A stretch of DNA of 64,000 bases from an uncultured Acidobacteriota bacterium. Lineage in GTDB: Bacteria > Acidobacteriota > Thermoanaerobaculia > UBA5066 > Gp7-AA6. Positions 62,705-64,000 of the stretch are shown here, one piece after another (position 1 is the stretch's first letter; each line of letters begins with the position of its first letter). Location of the stretch: the NCBI GenBank assembly GCA_963764715.1, contig CAVXTP010000010.1:128001-192000 (forward strand), given 5' to 3'. The notes beneath the pieces are model-generated. The model did not search any database. It was not told the DNA's origin and was given only the letters and a program-made list of their open reading frames with translations. The position numbers and the translations under genes were made by a program.

Positions 62705-64000
62705 TGCGGCCCTGGACCCCGGCGGTCGTCGCGGCCCTCTCGTGGGCCCTCGGGCCGGCGTCGGTGCCGGCGCAAGCCCGTGCCGGCGTGTTGGAGGGAC
62801 GCGTGCTCGATGAGCGCCGGGCCCCTGTGGCCAACGCGACGATCGCCGCTCGCCATCTCGCGACCGGATTTCGCCAGTCGGCGGTTTCCGATGCGTCGGG
62901 CCTCTTCCGTGTCGGCCCTCTTCCGGAGGGTTTGTACGACGTCACGGCCGAGGCGCCGGGGTACGGCACGGGCCTGGCGAGCGGCGTCGCCACGGCGGCC
63001 GCCGGGAGCGTGCGCGTCGACTTCGTGCTGAAGGCGTCGCTTCCGGAAGGCCGCGTGGCGCCCGCAGCGGCGCCTTCCGAAAAGCCGGCGCCGAGGCGGG
63101 GGCCCCGGCTCCAGATCTACGGATACGCCGCCCTCAACCTGATCAACGACTTCGACCAGATGAACCCGGACTGGTACGACATGGAGAGGCCCTCGAAGCT
63201 TCCGGCCTTTCCAAACGAGTTCGGCGAAAACGGCAACTTCTGGGCGAGCGTGCGCCAGACGCGCTTCGGCGTCCGTTCGTGGATCCCGACGGGGCTCGGC
63301 GAGGTCAGGACGGAGTTCGAGTTCGACCTTTCCGGTGTCGCCCCCGACGCCGGGGAGACGACGTTTCACCTGCGTCAGGCCTGGGGCGAGCTCGGCCCGT
63401 TTCTCGCCGGCCAGACCGTCAGCGTCTTCATGGACATGGACATCTTTCCGAGAATCGTGGAGTACTTCGGCCCCGACGGGATGGTCTTCTATCGCAACGT
63501 TCAGCTGCGCTGGACGCCCATCCGGGGGGAGAAGCGCCTGATCTTCGCCCTCGAACGCCCCGGAGCCAACGGCGACACCGGCGAGTTTGCGGGCCGGGTC
63601 GAGCTCGAGGGAGTCCAGAGCCGCTTCCCGTATCCGGACCTCACGGCGCAATACCACTACGGCGACGACTGGGGGCACGTCCAGCTCGCCGGGATCGTGC
63701 GCTACATCGGGTGGACCGACTCCGTCCGCGACCAGTACGACCTGGCGGGGCACGCCATCGGCTGGGGCTTCAACCTGAGCTCCGTCCTCAAGGTGTCGCA
63801 GACCGGCAATCTCCGGCTCGAGGCCTCGTACGGGGAAGGGATCGAGACTTACATGCGGGACGCGCCCGTGGACGTCGCGGCGCAGGCCAATCCGGGTCAC
63901 CCGAGCCAGCCGGTCGTCGGAAAGGCGCTGCCGGTCTTTGGCATGGCCGCGTTCTACGATTTCAACTGGAGCGAGAAATTCTCGAGCGCGATCGGCTACT
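62704..64000 (+). CDS. Second carboxypeptidase-regulatory-like + DcaP-like porin, runs off the window
   Basis: Hand translation MRPWTPAVVAALSW...LEGRVLD..TGFRQSAVSDASG..SVRQTRFG..LRQAWGE; colinear with 54974..56524; absent from the ORF track because no stop lies inside the window. Confidence 0.85.
   Translation, partial: MRPWTPAVVAALSWALGPASVPAQARAGVLEGRVLDERRAPVANATIAARHLATGFRQSAVSDASGLFRVGPLPEGLYDVTAEAPGYGTGLASGVATAAAGSVRVDFVLKASLPEGRVAPAAAPSEKPAPRRGPRLQIYGYAALNLINDFDQMNPDWYDMERPSKLPAFPNEFGENGNFWASVRQTRFGVRSWIPTGLGEVRTEFEFDLSGVAPDAGETTFHLRQAWGELGPFLAGQTVSVFMDMDIFPRIVEYFGPDGMVFYRNVQLRWTPIRGEKRLIFALERPGANGDTGEFAGRVELEGVQSRFPYPDLTAQYHYGDDWGHVQLAGIVRYIGWTDSVRDQYDLAGHAIGWGFNLSSVLKVSQTGNLRLEASYGEGIETYMRDAPVDVAAQANPGHPSQPVVGKALPVFGMAAFYDFNWSEKFSSAIGY

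Overview
High-GC bacterial DNA, possibly Acidobacteriota/Thermoanaerobaculia (inferred from the SLH-protein style and the carboxypeptidase-regulatory-like N-terminal domains). Between a ROK kinase/gnd pair at the left edge and an asparagine/aspartate catabolic operon at the right edge (two DcaP-type porins, aspA, DASS, aspT, ansB) lies a dense island of mostly uncharacterised envelope genes. It holds an arylsulfatase-DUF3604-PpiC-3xHupE/UreJ-patatin operon and two DUF2092 genes, each followed by a small secreted Gly-rich peptide gene (one a DPGxNQPGAAGN repeat precursor). It also holds tandem SHOCT paralogs, DUF3300/DUF2950, an 844-aa DUF3300-like-tailed protein, three DUF4239-like channels, about eight outer-membrane barrels and a sulfur/redox block (DszB-like, rhodaneses, CoA-disulfide reductase-rhodanese, AhpD-like). 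Three kinase + DNA-binding regulator + stand-alone receiver sets are present. Non-coding signals include a duplicated 70-bp promoter with tandem CCNCG-N8-CGNGG palindromes, a twice-occurring GGACCAAGGTC operator-like site and a GTAG-type REP pair. Many genes (glpK, glpD, patatin, CoADR, DUF2950, DUF3300, a kinase, DASS, ansB) carry single-base frameshifts that look like consensus errors. All family names come from motif recognition by eye, not database searches. No rRNA, tRNA, CRISPR array or transposase was seen.
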